DNA from: the human T2T-CHM13v2.0 reference genome, Homo sapiens
Length of the DNA: 64,000 nucleotides
Reading direction: 5' to 3' (one strand)
Assembly (NCBI RefSeq): GCF_009914755.1
Contig: NC_060938.1
Notes under the pieces: model-generated
Seen by the model: the letters and a program-made list of their open reading frames with translations, nothing else
Database searches by the model: none
What the model was told of the DNA's origin: nothing
Program-made: the position numbers and the translations under genes
In this document: positions 1-15,750 of the stretch, piece by piece
How positions within the stretch are numbered: position 1 is the first letter of the stretch
Layout of the letters: the number at the start of each line of letters is the position of its first letter

Positions 1-319
1 ATAGATCAAAAAGACAAAATTTGTAAAGACATAGAAGATTTCAATTAAAACTGACAGGCATGACTTAATGAACATAATCCCCCAACACTTAGATTATACT
101 CATTCTTCTCAAGCACGTGTGGAAATGTTAACCTGTGTTTTAAGATTTCTTACCATTTCAAAAAATTGACTTCTAACTTAGTTGCATTGTGGTTAGAAAA
201 TATGATTGAAAGGTATACACTTTATTAGGCTACAAAATGTGTCATTATATTTAAAACAATCAGTATCATACAGATATCTGTGGCCTCTGATCACAACAGA
301 ATTTAAAAAGTAGATATAG

Positions 320-633
<314 letters not shown>

Positions 634-731
634 AAATTTTAGTAATTTTCTATGTCTGGAAATTTAAAAGCACACTTCAAAATAACATCGGAGTGAAATA
701 AAAAATAGTAATGTAAATTGAAAAATAATTA

Positions 732-1470
<739 letters not shown>

Positions 1471-1668
1471 TTAGAAATGAAGATGAGTCAAAATTAGAGT
1501 GACAACAGAGATTTAAAATTGATGTAAATATTATGCAAATCTTTACATCAAAAATTCAAATTCTAAGATGAAATAGTGAAATTCTTAGAAAAAAATGTAA
1601 CTCCAAAATTGATTTGAAAATAATTTAAAAGCTCGAATTTTTATTTAACCATATAAATATGAATAAGT

Positions 1669-1836
1669 GTCTGGGTGCAGTGGCACGCACCTGTTGTCCC
1701 AGCTACTTGGGAGACTGAGGGAGCATTGGCTGAGCCCAGGCGTTCAATGTTACAATGCTCTATGATTGCACTTGTGAATAGACTCTGTACTCCGGCCTGG
1801 GCAATATAGCAAGACCCTGTCTCAAAATTTAAAAAA
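1669..1836 (+). mobile_element. FAM (fossil Alu monomer)
   Basis: Monomer retaining the FAM-type ctatgattgcacttgtgaatag segment. Confidence 0.8.
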
Positions 1837-1883
1837 TGATTAAGAGGTTAACTATCTTTCTATTGAAAAAATAATTTCAGGTC

Positions 1884-1982
1884 ATATATATATATGTATA
1901 CATATATATACATATATATATATATACCTATATATATACACACATATATATATATACACATATCCATCCCATGCACACACGC

Positions 1983-2030
<48 letters not shown>

Positions 2031-2052
2031 GCACACACATGGGACCTGCAAT

Positions 2053-2093
<41 letters not shown>
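1884..2093. repeat. Compound (TA)n/(CA)n/(TG)n microsatellite
   Basis: Directly visible; interrupts the L1 GPDGF-like codons. Confidence 0.97.
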
Positions 2094-2481
2094 ATTATTT
2101 TAAACAGGGGAGTTCTACCAAACTTTCAAACTCATTCCAGTCTTACATAAAATCTTCTGCATATTAGTGAAAAACACCTAATTCATTTTATGGGGCTAAA
2201 AATGAGTTAGGTGTTGAGAATGAGAAAGGAATGAATATGAGAAAGGAATAGGACAAGTTAGTCTTATTCATGAATATGAATGCAAGAGTCCTACATAAAA
2301 TATTAGCAAACAGAATCTGGTAATGAATAAAAATGATAATACGTGAGAAACAAGTTGGGTTTAATTCCAAAAATGCAAAGATGATTTAGTATCGAGAAAA
2401 AAATTTATAAATATTCACTACTTTAACAGATTGAATAAACAAACCATTTATTTTGACCTTATGTGTCAAAATAAAAATTTA

Positions 2482-2774
2482 GACCGAACACAGTGGCTCA
2501 CGGCTGTAATCCCAGCAATTTGGGAGGCTGAGGTGGGCAGATCACTTAAGGTCAAGAGTTTGAGACCAGCCTGGCCAACATGGCAAAACCCTGTCTCTAC
2601 TAAAAATACAAAATATTAGCTGAGCGTGGCAGTGCATGTCCGCAATCCCAGCTACTCAGGAAGCCAAGGCATGAGAATAGCTTGAGCCAGGGAGGCAGAG
2701 GTAGCAGTGAGCCAAGATCATGCCACTGCACTCCAGCATGAGGGACAGAGTGAGACTCTGTCTCAAAAAAAAAA
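2482..2774 (+). mobile_element. AluS (Sz/Sx-like)
   Basis: Full dimer with A tail. Confidence 0.95.
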
Positions 2775-3256
2775 ATTTTTTTTTGAAAAATTTAATTCCC
2801 ATTTATAATTAATCAATTAAATAAAAATTAGCAAAATAGAAAATGGAAGGGAGCTTTTTTGACAAGGTGAAAATATCTACCAAAATCACCAATTTTAATG
2901 GTGATAAGTTAGAGCCTATTTCTAAGAAACTGGAGGTAAGACAAGAGTGTATTCTATCATTACTATTGCCCTAGAGGTCTTAGCCAGCGCAATAAGGCAG
3001 GAAAAAGAGGCAATGATTGGAAAAGAAGAAATACAACTATTATTCACAGATAATGTGATTGTTTACATAGGAAATCCAAAAGAATCTACAAATTATTGAG
3101 ATTAATGAGAGTTCAGCAAAGTAGCTAGATATAAAGTCAATAACTTAAACATTGAATTTCTATGTAATACAATAAGCAATAAGCAGTTAGAAAATGTAAT
3201 TTCAAAAATAATACCATTTATAACAGCAAAAAAAGATAAAAGGCACGTTGGGATAA

Positions 3257-3310
3257 TTCCCTCCCCTCCCCTCCCCTCCGCTCCCTTCCCTTCCCTTTCT
3301 TTTTCTCTGT

Positions 3311-3343
<33 letters not shown>
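3257..3343. repeat. Near-pure polypyrimidine tract, (CCCCT)n/(CCCTT)n followed by T~30
   Basis: Directly visible; continuous with the Alu tail. Confidence 0.9.
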
Positions 3344-3346
<3 letters not shown>

Positions 3347-3624
3347 CAGGGTCTTGCTCTGTCACCCAGGCTAGAGTGCAATGGCACAGTCCTAGCTCAC
3401 TACAGCCTGGGATCAAGGGATCCTCCCACCTCAGCCTTCTGAGTAGCTAGGACTGCAGGCATGCACCAGCACACCCAGCTAATTTTTTTTAAAATTATTT
3501 TTTGTAGAGATGGGGTCTTGCTACATTGCCCATATTGGTCCCAATCTCCTGAGCTCAAGTGATCCTCCCACCTCAGCCTCTGAAAGTGCTGGGATTATGA
3601 GCATGAACCACACTGTACCTGGCT
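3313..3624 (-). mobile_element. AluJ
   Basis: Reverse Alu with J-type gatcctcccacctcagcc in both arms. Confidence 0.9.
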
Positions 3625-5019
3625 GATAATGATTTCATAAACATGGAAGACCTTTGGGAGAAAATTGTACAATGTTAGAGAAAAAACATTAAAGTCATAA
3701 GTAGATGGAGAAACATTTTCAGTTCATGGCTGGGAAGACTTGATATGCTGAAGATCTCAAGTATACCCCAGTTGAGCCACAGACTTAATACAGTTTCGAT
3801 CAAAATCCCAATTGGATTTTTTTCAAGGAACTGAACAAATTGATTCTCAAATTTATATGGAAGAACAAAGGCCCAAGAATAGCCAAGACATTCCTAAAGA
3901 AGCCTGAAGTAGGGCAGTTTGCCCGGACAACGCTGGAATTTATTGCAGAGCTATTTGGATTATGGCAGTATGCTGTTGGCACAGAGAAACTGACCAGGGA
4001 AGCAGAATGAAAACGCTCAGAAACAAACCCAAACACTTTTGGTAACCTGATCTGTGACTGCAGTGGCTTTGTAGGCCAGGGGAGAAAGGAGGGACTAATC
4101 TGTCAAGGATCCTAGAGGAAAGTGGTCCCTTATCTCCCATCACAGATAAAAACTAGATACAGATAAATTAAATACGTAAATGAGAAAGGCACAGCTTTCA
4201 AACTTTCAGAAGAAAGTATAGGGGGATATTCTTGTGACCTCCAAGTGAGGAAGTATTTTCTGCATAAAGACAATTGTAGAAGATAAGATTGGTAAATGTG
4301 ACTACAGTAAACTGTTGTTCATTAAATTCACTCTCAACAAACAAACCACAAACGAAGAAGACAATAGCAGCACTGTAATGAAGGATTGTAATCCAGGATA
4401 CATAAATAACTACTATAATCTAATTTGAAAAAAACAAGCAACCTTACAGAAACAATTTTGATATTAAAAAGGGATCTTCCTATCCCCCAAGACATAAGCA
4501 GAGCAATCCTTTTGTTTTTTGGTTGTCTCTGAGTTTGGTGCTAAGAGAAAGAGAAAATATATATTTTACCCGAGAGTCCTTTTACTTGAGAAATGGGTCA
4601 CTGACTTCTTTGAGGAATGCTATGAAGGAGCGGGGCAGGGTTGTGCAGAGGTGGGGATGTGTAGCGACTCAAATGCAGGTAACCTGGTTCAAGAGGAGAT
4701 GTGAGTCAAGTGAGATAGTCAAACTGTTTTGTAAATAGGCAAATAAAACTTCTAGTTTTCTAATTGCCTTCTAGAATACAGTAATCATTAAGTTTATGGG
4801 ATTAACATATGTGCAAAGGATTTTACAAAGGGTGATTTTTATCAGCAGTAGGGTGGGGTCCCTTCCCAGCCAGAGTTATCCTGCTTCTATAACTTGGTTC
4901 CACTGTGCGCTAGAGTAGCCTCCAGGAGCAAAAGCAGGAAGGACTGAGAGTAAATGTGCCTGTGGCGGGAGTTTTACAGACTCCCAGCCATTTAGCTTGC
5001 AAGCTGAGACAGCAGCCAG

Positions 5020-5165
5020 GGAGCAAGCTGGGGACACTGGCTTCAGGCTCCTCTCCTATGGAAATGGGGTGACAACACCCACCCTCAGGATGTGATGAGA
5101 TCACCTGTGTCACCTGGGTAGCGCACAGCCTGGCACATGGTATTAATAGTATCTCAGTCAAGTTC
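5020..5165 (+). mobile_element. MIR
   Basis: ggaaatggggtgacaacacc...gcacagcctggcacatgg core and tail. Confidence 0.65.
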
Positions 5166-5459
5166 TGTCGCCTCCTTCTTTCTTGGGAGACATCTGCTGA
5201 GGTTTCAGTTCCTTCCTCCCTCTTAGCCTCCTTTGCTTGTCCCCTTTTTCCTACTCTTCTCCCTTCCACCTTCTACCTTCTGCAAACATTTAGCCAGCAG
5301 TTTCCAGGTACATGTTGATTTCCAAACCCTAAATGGGGATGCAAGTGAATGTATCACGGAGCACACAGCCGTGAGAGCTATTAGACCTGGGAGGGACCGC
5401 TATAGTCATGATGAAGATTAACATCAATAAAATAAACAATCACAGTAATGAAACTTGCC

Positions 5460-5615
5460 GCCATTTAACCATCACTTAATCTGTGCCAAGGCTTGCCTAC
5501 TTTATCCCATTTAATCCCCATTCTTTCCCTAGGACCCTGGCAGCTTTGTTATGCCCAGTTTGTGTAACTTGCTGAGGTCTCAAGGCTCGTAGTAGCAGGA
5601 ATGTGCATTTGCTGT
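5460..5615 (-). mobile_element. MIR
   Basis: ctgtgccaagg...cccatttaatcccc...gtaacttgctgaggtc. Confidence 0.6.
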
Positions 5616-5639
5616 AGATCTGTCAGTTACCGTGGCGCG

Positions 5640-6295
5640 GTGGTTGGGATCATGGTCCCTGGGCTGAGATTCCCAAGCCTATCACCTACCAGCTTTCAAA
5701 CCACAGGCAAGTCCTCTGACTGCTGTGAGACTCATGTCTTCATATTAAAATGGGGCTTGGAAGGGCACAGTGGCTCACGCCTTTAATCCCAGCACTTTGG
5801 GAAGCCAAGGCGGGCGGACCACCTGAGGTCAGGAGTTGGAGACCAGCCTGGCCAACATGGTGAAACCCCATCTCTACTAAAAATACAAAAATGAGCCGGG
5901 AGGGGTGGTGAGCACCTGTAGTCCCAGCTACTTGGGAGGCCGAGGTAGGAGAATCGCTTGAACCCAGGAGGCAGAGGTTGCAGTGAGCAGAGGTTGCAGT
6001 GAGTGGAGGTTGCGCCACTGCACTCCAGCCTGGGTGACAGGGTAAGACTCTGTCTTAAAAAATAAAAAAATAAAAAATAATAATAATAAAATAAATAAAT
6101 AAATAAATGGGGCTAACTTCAGCTTTAGAGCATTTTTGCAAGGATTCTACTATCAGCTAGAAATACCTAAAGAACTTAAAACAGTGTCTGACACACAGTT
6201 TGTGAGGATTAAAAGCACCAATTCATGTAAAGCGCTTAGAGTTGGGCTTGGCACAGAATAACTGCTATCTAACTGCTTGTTATGATTATTGTTTT
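5640..6295 (+). mobile_element. MIR split by an Alu, followed by a second MIR 3' segment
   Basis: ggcaagtc...taaaatggggct | Alu | aaatggggct...acagtgtctgacacacag, then gtgaggattaaa...gtaaagcgcttagag. Confidence 0.65.
5758..6104 (+). mobile_element. AluSx-like with internal 16-bp tandem duplication
   Basis: Full dimer, TSD aaatggggct, (TAAA)n tail. Confidence 0.95.
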
Positions 6296-6439
6296 TGTTG
6301 ATGGGGATGATCCTGGGACCACCCAGATTGCAGATAAGACTCTGCTTATCAATGTGAGGATGTCACCGTGGGCTTGGGGAGCCACAGAACCAGATCAGTC
6401 ATGATCTGAGTCCTGAGTCAGAGCTTCAGCAGCACACAA

Positions 6440-6620
6440 TCTTCTTCCAGCCTGGATGTCTTTGGGGGAAAAATAGACTTTACACAAAAATCTGAATATC
6501 CAGTTTCTCTTGGAAAGCTAGATCTGGCAGCCCTGGGCCCACATCCTGTAGGGGACAATCAGTTTTCTCTTTAAGGCTAGCATGTGTGGGTCTTCCCTGC
6601 CAGCCTCAGTAGGGAGGCAT
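6440..6620. mobile_element. hAT-Charlie MITE fragment (MER102-like)
   Basis: ccagtttctcttggaaagctagatctggcagccctgggcccacatcc resembles recalled MER102 consensus. Confidence 0.5.
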
Positions 6621-6703
6621 CACTTACCTGGTCCCTGTGGGCAGTGCAGTTGGTGACCCATGTTGGAAGTCTCTCAGGAATGCAGAAGAGGGTGTGACTT
6701 CTT

Positions 6704-7033
6704 CGTTTTTTGTTTTTTGGGTGTTTTGTTTTGTTTTTTTTTAGACGGAGTTTCACTCTGCAGCCCACTCTGGAGTACAGTGGCGTGATCTTGGCTCACT
6801 GCAGCCTCCACCTCCTGGGTTCAAGCGATTTTCCTGCCTCAGCCTCCTGAGTAGCTGAGATTACAGACACCTGCCACCACGCCTGGCTAATTTTTTTGTG
6901 TGTATTTTTTTTTTAATAGAGATGGGGTTTCACCATGTTGACAGGCTAGTCTCTAACTCCTGACCTCAGGTGATCCGCCCACCTCGGCCTCCCAAAGTGC
7001 TGGGATTACAGGTGTGAGCCACTGAGCCCAGCC
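6704..7033 (-). mobile_element. AluS (Sx/Sq-like)
   Basis: Perfect 16-bp TSD gagggtgtgacttctt (6688-6703, 7034-7049). Confidence 0.97.
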
Positions 7034-7181
7034 GAGGGTGTGACTTCTTGCATGATCCAACAAGGGTAAGAAGAACTTCTAAGATAAGGTAACATTTCAG
7101 CAGGTCTTTTCAAAAAATTATGAGGCATAGCATACGTAGTGAAGAACATAAAATATATACACATAGTTGAAAGAACAAGAA

Positions 7182-7350
7182 GACCTGGGTGCACTGGCAC
7201 GTGCCTATAGTCCCAGCTACTCAGGAGAGAGGATCACTTGAGGCCAGGAGTTTGAAGCTGTAGTGTGCTATGATCACATCTGTGAATAGCCACTGCACTT
7301 CAGCTTGGGCAACATAGTGAGACCCCCAAAACATAATTTAAAAAAAATAA
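7182..7350 (+). mobile_element. FAM (fossil Alu monomer)
   Basis: gctgtagtgtgctatgatcacatctgtgaatagccactgcac matches the FAM diagnostic segment. Confidence 0.88.
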
Positions 7351-7404
7351 GAAAATGTATACCATTTACCTACTACCCAGGTTGAGAAATTGAACATCAC
7401 CTGG

Positions 7405-7550
7405 ATCTCAGAACCTTGGTACCTTTTTGGCCCCTGGACCGGCAGCACCAGCCTCCTGTTGGGGCTCGCTGAAAATGCAGCATCTCCAGCTCCTCCCCAG
7501 CCCTAGGGAACCAGGTGATGTGTGTGCATGTTAGAGCTGAAAGGCTACTT
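7405..7550. mobile_element. MER5A-like hAT MITE
   Basis: cctggaccggcagcaccagc...aaaatgcag...caggtgatgtgtgtgcatgttagag. Confidence 0.6.
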
Positions 7551-8213
7551 CTGCAGCTCTGTGTACAATTCTCAGTTGTGCCCCTCTGTTTCCTGACACC
7601 AGAAGAGTCTCTGTCCAACTTGTAGCAGCTTTTCCTCTCTTGTGTAGGTATTTCCCCAGAATCCTGTTTCATTTTGAACAGCAGCATGAACCTGGCTGTC
7701 TCTAGGGCAAGTCCCTTTCAGCTTCCCATTGAGCTCTGTGGAAAGGATGTCACGGGGAGGGCAGATGTGGCCCTCCCTTCGACCCCATGGGGCATCTGGA
7801 GGGCCTGCCACATGAGCAGGGACAGAGATCAGCAAGTGGCTGCTCTGTAGTTTCTGCTTGCAAGCTCAAGAGCAGGTCAAAGCAGAAGACTTCTTGGGGC
7901 TGGCATGAGTGTCTCCACTGGACCCGGACCCTGCTGGAGACAGCAGAAACTTCATCAGCTCACAGTCAAGAGCAAGATTGGGCCAGGCCAGGCTTGCCAC
8001 AGCAGTGCTTTGACAGTGGGGATATTAGTGATGGCACCATGGACAATCTGCTTGGGAGACCTCAGGACAGGGGAGTTGGTGGGGAGTTGCACTGAGCCAA
8101 GGGGCGCAGCCAGTCCAGATTGGCCCCTTGGTTGAAACAAACTCCATGTTGTTTCTGCCTTTCCTGCTCTTGCCATTGTGTGTGGAATGGTCTTCTTTAA
8201 AAATCCCTTTACT

Positions 8214-8514
<301 letters not shown>

Positions 8515-8557
8515 TTAATGGGATTCTTTAAGGGAGTAGAATTTAAAATGTGTCTTC

Positions 8558-8700
8558 AGGTTGGTGGTTCACGCCTGTAATCCCAACACTTTGGGGCGAG
8601 GTGAAAGCATTGCTGAGGCCCGGAGTTCAAGACCAGCCTAGGCAACAAAGTAAGACCCCATCTCTACAAAAAATTAACAAAACTTAAAAAAAGAAAAAAC
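8558..8700 (+). mobile_element. FLAM / Alu left monomer
   Basis: Left-arm sequence plus A tail only. Confidence 0.85.
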
Positions 8701-8985
8701 AATAGAATGTGTTCAGTCTGCCCTCTTGAGCCCAGAAAGTCTTGGCCAGGTCTCTGGATGACAAGGAAGGTTCGGGAAGGCATTCAGGAAATGTGTTCCT
8801 GAAGGGCTGGGGATATGTGAGGGGTGACTGATAGTGTGTTCCTTTCATAGGACTGCTATAAAGTGCCACAAATAACACAGATTTATTCTCTCATATATCT
8901 AGAGGCTGGAAATCCAAAATCAAGTTGTTAACAGGGCTATACTTGCCCTGAGATGCTGGGTAGAATCATTCTGTCTGTCCTCTTC

Positions 8986-9582
<597 letters not shown>

Positions 9583-10599
9583 CTCTCCTCTTCTCCTAAG
9601 GACATCAGTCATTGGATTTAGGACCCACCTAATCCAGTATGACCTCATCTTGACGAATAACATCTGCAAAGCTCTATTTTCAAATAAGCTCACATTTTGA
9701 GATCCCAACTGGATGTGAATTTTGGGGGGACATTGGTCACCCAAATGCAGATGTGTGGCTGGATCTCAGGGGGAGGTGACAAGGTGAGATGGCAGGAGAC
9801 AGCCAGAAAGCAGATGAAGGGCTGAGTTCCCAGACTTCCCTCACTATTTGGCCTTTATTCTTGGCCCATGGAGGGTTTTAAGGTTGACAGTGATGGCGCA
9901 GGTTTGTTTTGGAGCAGGCAACATCCTGCCCCACCCCCGTGCCCTTTTATATCTCCACATTTCTCTTTGCCTGTGATGAATGGTTCCATTCTCCCAGGCT
10001 CATGCCAGCGCCTCTGTGGACAGTCTCTGGCCAGCCCTGGTGAGTCCACCTCCCAACCCCTGCTCTGGCCTCCCTGGCCCTGGGCTCACGAAGCTTGGCT
10101 GGCTTGGGCTCTGCAGCGTAGCCTCTCTCTCCACGTTGTGCTGGGTCACCTTGGGGGCTAGGACTAGCTCTCATTCATTTCTGTATCCCCTGTACCCAGC
10201 AAGGGTAGGGCACAGTGGATGGGACATAGAATGGGAAGCCTGAGAAGAAGAGACTCAGAGCCAATGCATCAACTTGTCATGGTCATTTTCCAAGGGGTAC
10301 TTTCTGCATTGCTGTGAGTGTTTTTTTTTTTTCCAGATGACAGATTCTTTACAGTCCCTCTCTGAAGTTATGAAATTAAATGTCCTTCTAAACATGCGCC
10401 TGTCCTGCAGCAGCCAGAAGAAGGGGCGTCCACCTTTGGAGGCTGCACATCCCTGTTCCCCAGGCTCTGAAATCCCCACCTGCCTGGCCTTCCGGCCAGT
10501 AGCCCCAACGTTCCAGGCTGCCTGCTGCTGAGACCCCTCTGTTTGCAGCCGTCCTCTTTGATGACAGGCCCCCACGTTTCCAAGACAAGGCATGGTCAT

Positions 10600-10830
10600 A
10601 AAATCAACTGTCCACAGCCATTTAGTCTAGGCATGGTTAATGCCAAAACTGGCTTCCAAATTGACAGTTAATGAGGGAAAATGACGAGGGGGCGTGTTAA
10701 CAGACGCAGGCTCAAGGTAATAAACAGGCTGTTAAAGTCAGGTAGTAAACAGCTTGCCAAGGACCATCTATGAATTTATTTTTTTGAAGGAGAAAAAAAT
10801 TAACCAACAAGGTTTGTCCCCTTTGGTGAC
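10600..10830. promoter_or_regulatory. Candidate developmental enhancer (unique sequence)
   Basis: Motif cluster only: TTGACAGTTAATG, TGCCAA x2, ATAAACA/GTAAACA, GCGTGTTAA. Confidence 0.3.
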
Positions 10831-11215
10831 TGGGTCTGACTGGCAGCAGGAAGAAATGAGAGATTCCTGGGAGACCTCAAATATCTCAGGAGGCCCCTCA
10901 GGCTGGGATGTGCAGATGTGCAGGTGGAGCCAGGGACATGGGCTCACAGTGGGCTCGCTGTGGGTTCCCATGGACACGCTTTGGTCCTATCTGTTCCTCA
11001 TGCCCTTGGATGCTGGATGGGGTGTCAGGAATCCCAGCAGTGGTCCTGGTTCTGTCTATGGTTGATGCTGGGACCTGGAAGAAGTTACCTGATTTTCCAG
11101 GCTAGCCGCAAAGACCAGGATGGACTCGATGATCTCTGTAGAGGCTTGCGCTGAGTTACATAGCGTCCCCAACCCCCTAAAATTCATGTCCTTCCTAGAA
11201 CTTCAGAATTCCATT

Positions 11216-11824
<609 letters not shown>

Positions 11825-12899
11825 GCGTACATGAATGTTGACTCGGAGGCCCACTCTCTGCTGTATCAGAACCAACCCAGGATTGCCTGTGTCCGGTGTA
11901 GGCCACCACAGGTACGAGAGCTACAGAATGATCCAACTCAACAGGAAAAAATGATCTTATCTCTACAAAGTAAACCTCCCAGTTAATATAATCCCCTACC
12001 CTCCTTCCCACACACACATGCACATATTATCAGAATCAACATATCAGGTTTTGCCAAATTTGTATAGATGGCCACTGCTGGGCTGACAGGTGCAGGTAAT
12101 AGGGTTAGTGTGGACCTGAGGTCAACACATTGGGGTCACTTAGTGTAAAGACCCCAAGAGTTAATAGCTGGAAGACACTTGGAGGGGTGCGTGCCTCCTT
12201 TGTTCTCTTGATGCTGGGTGGTGTCTCTGGCCAGGGCTCTGGTCCCTTCACCAGCTTCCAACCCACAGGGATGTAGCCATGCCCACAGGCAACTGATGGA
12301 CCATTGGTGAGACCACTACAGGGGCTCTGAAGGCACCCCAAAATAATATGTGGGTGGGAGGACAGGATAGATATTGAAAGGATTAGTTTAGATATATTAG
12401 ATAATTTTATATTATTGCGTTGAGTAACTCCGTAATAAATATAGGTAAATTGAAAAGGTCACCACTGGTTGGTTCCATGGTATTACATCAAAGCCAGTAA
12501 CATCTTCCTACTCCTTCCACTTCCTTTTTTTTTAACCCCTTGCACCCTCATATTTCACTTGGTGGCAGACAGTTAAACTCTGGGATCTGGCTTCAGAGTG
12601 CTCCTTGGTTGCATAGCTGGCCCTGTGGCCTTCTATAAGTGACAGAAGCTGCCAAGCTGTAAGATGAGAGTCAGCCATCACAACAGCATAGACGTCCCAG
12701 CAGCATGAGGATGGAGGAGACCACCCAGCTATCTAAAGCACTTGGCTCAGCACCTGGCTTGGAGGACATGCACCAGAAGCCCCCGAAATGCCTGCCTTAT
12801 ACCAGCATCCCTGAGGCAGAAGCAAGATCCACCCGCCCCCAAAGCACAGACTATGGGAGGCAGACAAACACACAGGCAAATACCAGAAGGGTGGCTTCC

Positions 12900-13030
12900 G
12901 GTTAGTGACTGGATCTATCTGATCCTCAGTTTGGGCAGCTGTAAAATGGGAATAGTGCTTCTCTTTGCAAATGTTGCTGGGAAAATTAAATCAGATGAAA
13001 CTCTGAGCAAGGTATCTGGGGCTTTACACT
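12900..13030 (+). mobile_element. MIR
   Basis: cctcagttt...ctgtaaaatgggaata core. Confidence 0.7.
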
Positions 13031-13322
13031 TACTCCTGTCTCTCTCTCCAGGTTCTGGTCAGGGGCTGCTTTTCCTGCCACTGAGGCATTCCAGGGCCTG
13101 GCCAGGAGGAGAGCTGGGCTCTCTGGTACCTGGTTATCGACACCTGAAGACTGCCAGGCCTATCTATGGATACACATGGAGGCCTGCATTTTAGAATAGG
13201 CAATGGCGCCCAGCATTCTGATCTTATAACAGGAAGCCTGAGACCTGGATAGGAAAGTGACTTCCCACCCCCAAAGTCAGCCAACAGGTCAAGGAGGTCA
13301 AGGCAGAGGCCCCACTTGCTCC

Positions 13323-13658
<336 letters not shown>

Positions 13659-13739
13659 TAAGTGCTTGTGATCTCTAAGGTGTCAGACTTTGTGCGAGGG
13701 GCCTATATGGAGGGAAATCCCGTGTCTGCCCTCCCCACC

Positions 13740-14481
13740 TGTAGTGGGTTGAATCATGGACCCCCAAAGAGATACAGCCAAGCCCTTTGGGTTTATCTTT
13801 GGTATAAAAAGGTTCTTTGTAGATGTAATCAAGAATCTATTTTTTTTTTTTTTTTTGAGATGGAGTCTTCCTCTGTTGCCCAGGCTGGAGTGCAGTGGCA
13901 CGATCTCGGCTCACTGCAACCTCCGCCTCCTGGGTTCAAGTGATTCTTCCACCTTAGCCTCCTGAGTAGCTGGGATTACAGGCGCCTGCCCTCAAGCCCG
14001 GCTAATTTTTTGTATTTTCAGTAGAGACGGGGTTTCACCATGTTGGCCAGGCTGGTCTCGAACTCCTGACTTCGTAATCCGCCCGCCTCAGCCTCCCAAA
14101 GTGCTGGGATTACAGACGTGAGCCACTGTGCCTGGCTTGAAGTAATCAAGAATCTTGAGATGGGATTGTCGTGGATTATCCAGATGGGGCCTAAATCGAA
14201 TGATCAAGTAACCTTTTAAGAGACAAAAGTGGAGGAGAGAGAAGAGAGGGCCATGGGAAGAGAGAGGTGAGGATCAGAGGGATGCAGCTACAAAGAATGC
14301 CTGGAACCACCAGAAGCTGGAGGAAGCCAGGAAGGATTCTCCCCTAGAGCCTCCAGAGGGAGCCTGGCCCTGACAACACCCTCGTTTAGGATTTCTGGCC
14401 TCCAGAGCTGTGAGAATAAATTGTTGCTTTAAGCCATCCAGCCTGTAGTAATTTATTATGGCAGCTCTAGTAAACTACTAC
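13740..14481 (+). mobile_element. MLT1C/D-like solo LTR interrupted by an Alu
   Basis: tgtagtgggttgaat start; ccaccagaagctggagg; gagaataaatt; ttattatggcagctctag end. Confidence 0.88.
13840..14137 (-). mobile_element. AluSg-like
   Basis: TSD gtaatcaagaatct; gacttcgtaatcc shows the Sg-type 2-nt deletion. Confidence 0.93.
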
Positions 14482-14569
14482 CCCGCCCAGAGCCAATTAA
14501 GAAAGATACATGTCACCAGCAACCATCGCCACCACCATTAGAAAATATTAAAGATGAATAGAGCACCGA

Positions 14570-14730
14570 GTCCCCTCTAACTCTTTCAACTCACTTAATC
14601 CTCTAAACACAGCTGAAGCAGGTACAATATTATCCTATTTTATAGGTAAGAAAACGGAAACTCAAAGAGTCCAGGAAGTCAGAAAATTAAACGAACTTCA
14701 ATTTGTGCCTGACCTCAGTTTGCTCTTGAT
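14570..14730 (-). mobile_element. MIR
   Basis: cacttaatcctc...attatcctattttataggtaagaaaacggaaactca. Confidence 0.65.
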
Positions 14731-14859
14731 TTCAGTGCTGGACTGTCCAACACCAGGGGCCAGTCAGCAGCTTCTTTTAGGTCCTTTCAACAAGCCAACT
14801 TTTTATAGAGACCTTGTCCAGGCCAGTGGCTTTAGGGAAACTAAGTCAGCCAAGAAATA

Positions 14860-15025
14860 ATAATAATACCAACAACAGCAAAGACATTTACTGAGCATCT
14901 ACTATGTGCCAGGCACTGAACAAAGTATATCCACGAATTGCCTCATTTTCTCCTCCTAACAGCTCTACAAAATAACAACTATTATTATTATCCTATTTCA
15001 CAGATGGGAAAACTGAGGCTTCCAA
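14860..15025 (-). mobile_element. MIR
   Basis: acatttactgagcatctactatgtgccaggcactg...cagatgggaaaactgaggc. Confidence 0.85.
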
Positions 15026-15169
15026 TACAGGCCTGTCTGGCCACAGTTCATGTTCTCAAGTGACCAACCTCACTGCTGCTGCCTCTAAGAGAGGCACGGG
15101 ACATTGGCTGGAGCATTGGCACATGGCTTGAGTATCATGCTCTTCTTATGTCTTTCATTAAAGCTCTTA

Positions 15170-15750
<581 letters not shown>

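Noticed and set aside
1669-7350. 7SL RNA gene or pseudogene
   Set aside because: Both copies lack the 7SL S domain and match the FAM monomer.
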